A DNA stretch of 22,483 nucleotides from an uncultured Bacillota bacterium (GTDB taxonomy: Bacteria; Bacillota_I; Bacilli_A; RF39; UBA660). Positions 21,574-22,483 of this stretch are shown here, piece after piece. Position numbers and translations under genes: made by a program. Where the stretch lies: contig CAMXQX010000014.1 in the NCBI GenBank assembly GCA_947246355.1, positions 1-22,483 on the forward strand. Direction: 5' to 3'. The notes beneath the pieces were generated by a model. It saw only the letters and a list, made by a program, of their open reading frames with translations, was not told where the DNA came from and searched no databases. Positions within the stretch are counted from its first letter, which is position 1, and each line of letters starts with the position of its first letter.

Positions 21574-22483
21574 GAGAAGATACAGTATAAATAAAGTTTG
21601 TTACTTCACTATTATTAGAAGCATATCCATTATATTTTTTGCTTAAATCCATAAGAGCATCTACTTTGTTCGTATAGCTTTGGAGGTGATTTTTGTAACT
21701 TATTAATTTAGAAATTCCTTCTTCATTGAATTGATGTACCCCTTGGTTTACTTCTTTGGTTCCTTCTTTTAATGTATTGGTTCCTTCTTTTAGGGTAAGA
21801 GAGCCGGTATAGATTTGAGAGATACCTTCCTTTAAAGCTCCTATGCCACTACCTACTTGGTTGGAACCTTGGTAAAGTGTACTCGCTCCATTTTCTAACT
21901 GTGTGACTAAAGTGATAATTTGACTTTGTAAACTCGAGAATGTCGAAAGAGTCGTTGCAATGGCTGTATTATTGGCTTCTAATAAGGCAATTAAATTTAA
22001 ATTAGCTTCATAGGTTTGCTTTACCGTAAGTAAAGACTTTATTGTTGCTTCATCGTATCCTAAAGTAACCAATTGTTCTTTTGTTACACTTTCTAAATGA
22101 TTGGTTGTATAAATTGTTTCTAAAGAGGTATTGGCTGTCTTTAAAGAGGTAATGGCAACATCATTTTTTTCTTTTAACGCATTCATACTTGATAAATCAA
22201 CACCTGCACTTAACTGTTCCTCTGCCTTTTTTAAACTAGCAAGTAGTGTCGCAAGCCCATTCGTAACAGAAGTAGAACCATTTTGTAAAGTAGTAATGGA
22301 TGTTAAAACGGTTTGTAGAGAAGAAGATAAAGTACCTGCTCCTTCATTTAATGTACTCGCTCCATTTTCTAGCTTCCCTGTTCCCTCTTCAATTGCATTG
22401 ATACTCTGTTTTAATGTATCAAGATTTGCATACACTTTCTTCAAATCGTCAAAAAGAGTAATATCACTTTCTTCAATCAATTT
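21563..22483 (-). CDS. X-X-X-Leu-X-X-Gly heptad-repeat protein (YhgE/Pip-like N-domain type), 5'-partial
   Basis: The frame is open to the window edge. Repeats include KLENGASTLNEGAGTLSS, LQNGSTSVTNGLATL, LENGASTLYQGSNQVGSGIGALKEGISQIYTGSLTLKEGTNTLKEGTKEVNQG. No C-terminal TM block is present in the part seen. Confidence 0.65.
   Translation of the reverse strand, partial: KLIEESDITLFDDLKKVYANLDTLKQSINAIEEGTGKLENGASTLNEGAGTLSSSLQTVLTSITTLQNGSTSVTNGLATLLASLKKAEEQLSAGVDLSSMNALKEKNDVAITSLKTANTSLETIYTTNHLESVTKEQLVTLGYDEATIKSLLTVKQTYEANLNLIALLEANNTAIATTLSTFSSLQSQIITLVTQLENGASTLYQGSNQVGSGIGALKEGISQIYTGSLTLKEGTNTLKEGTKEVNQGVHQFNEEGISKLISYKNHLQSYTNKVDALMDLSKKYNGYASNNSEVTNFIYTVSSLKK

Noticed and set aside
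1-22483. Scan for tRNA/rRNA genes, CRISPR arrays, IS elements, integrases, and terminal inverted or direct repeats flanking the cassette
   Set aside because: I saw no periodic direct repeats, no T-loop-like tRNA signatures (GGTTCGAAT-type) in intergenic regions, and no transposase or integrase-like ORFs. No flanking repeats were evident at 7626-7692 versus 11904-11919. This was done by eye and cannot be exhaustive.

Overview
Visibly AT-rich (about 30% GC by eye), low-GC Firmicutes-type chromosomal segment. Almost every credible gene is on the minus strand. The housekeeping backbone is a P-type cation ATPase, priA, fmt, secG and recD2. The left end carries cell-envelope genes: a GH73-like N-acetylglucosaminidase ending in two dockerin-type repeats, a cadherin-like surface protein, and a modular 557-aa membrane-anchored protein. 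The right end looks accessory: a membrane-bound XRE regulator, a small membrane protein, a lipoprotein, a truncated YhcG/DUF1016-like fragment and a 5'-partial YhgE/Pip-like heptad-repeat protein. The most interesting region is a tightly packed four-gene cassette between fmt and secG (7693-11903, minus strand). It encodes an Avd-like four-helix-bundle protein, a MoxR-class AAA+ ATPase with a lectin-like N-terminal domain, a degenerate paralogue of that ATPase core lacking a P-loop, and a DUF2201-type metallopeptidase-VWA protein. The 5' end of the ATPase reading frame has no ATG and no Shine-Dalgarno sequence. It holds the most GC-rich patch in the window and a run of NNY codons ending in ...GARPAL, which looks like a diversity-generating-retroelement (DGR) variable or template repeat. 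No reverse transcriptase and no second repeat copy is present in the window. A second candidate is a type I toxin-antitoxin-like module (24-aa hydrophobic peptide, convergent promoters, shared terminator) in the 650-nt spacer upstream of the P-type ATPase. I found no rRNA, tRNA, CRISPR array, transposase or integrase. All homology statements come from motif recognition by eye and need HMM or structure searches.
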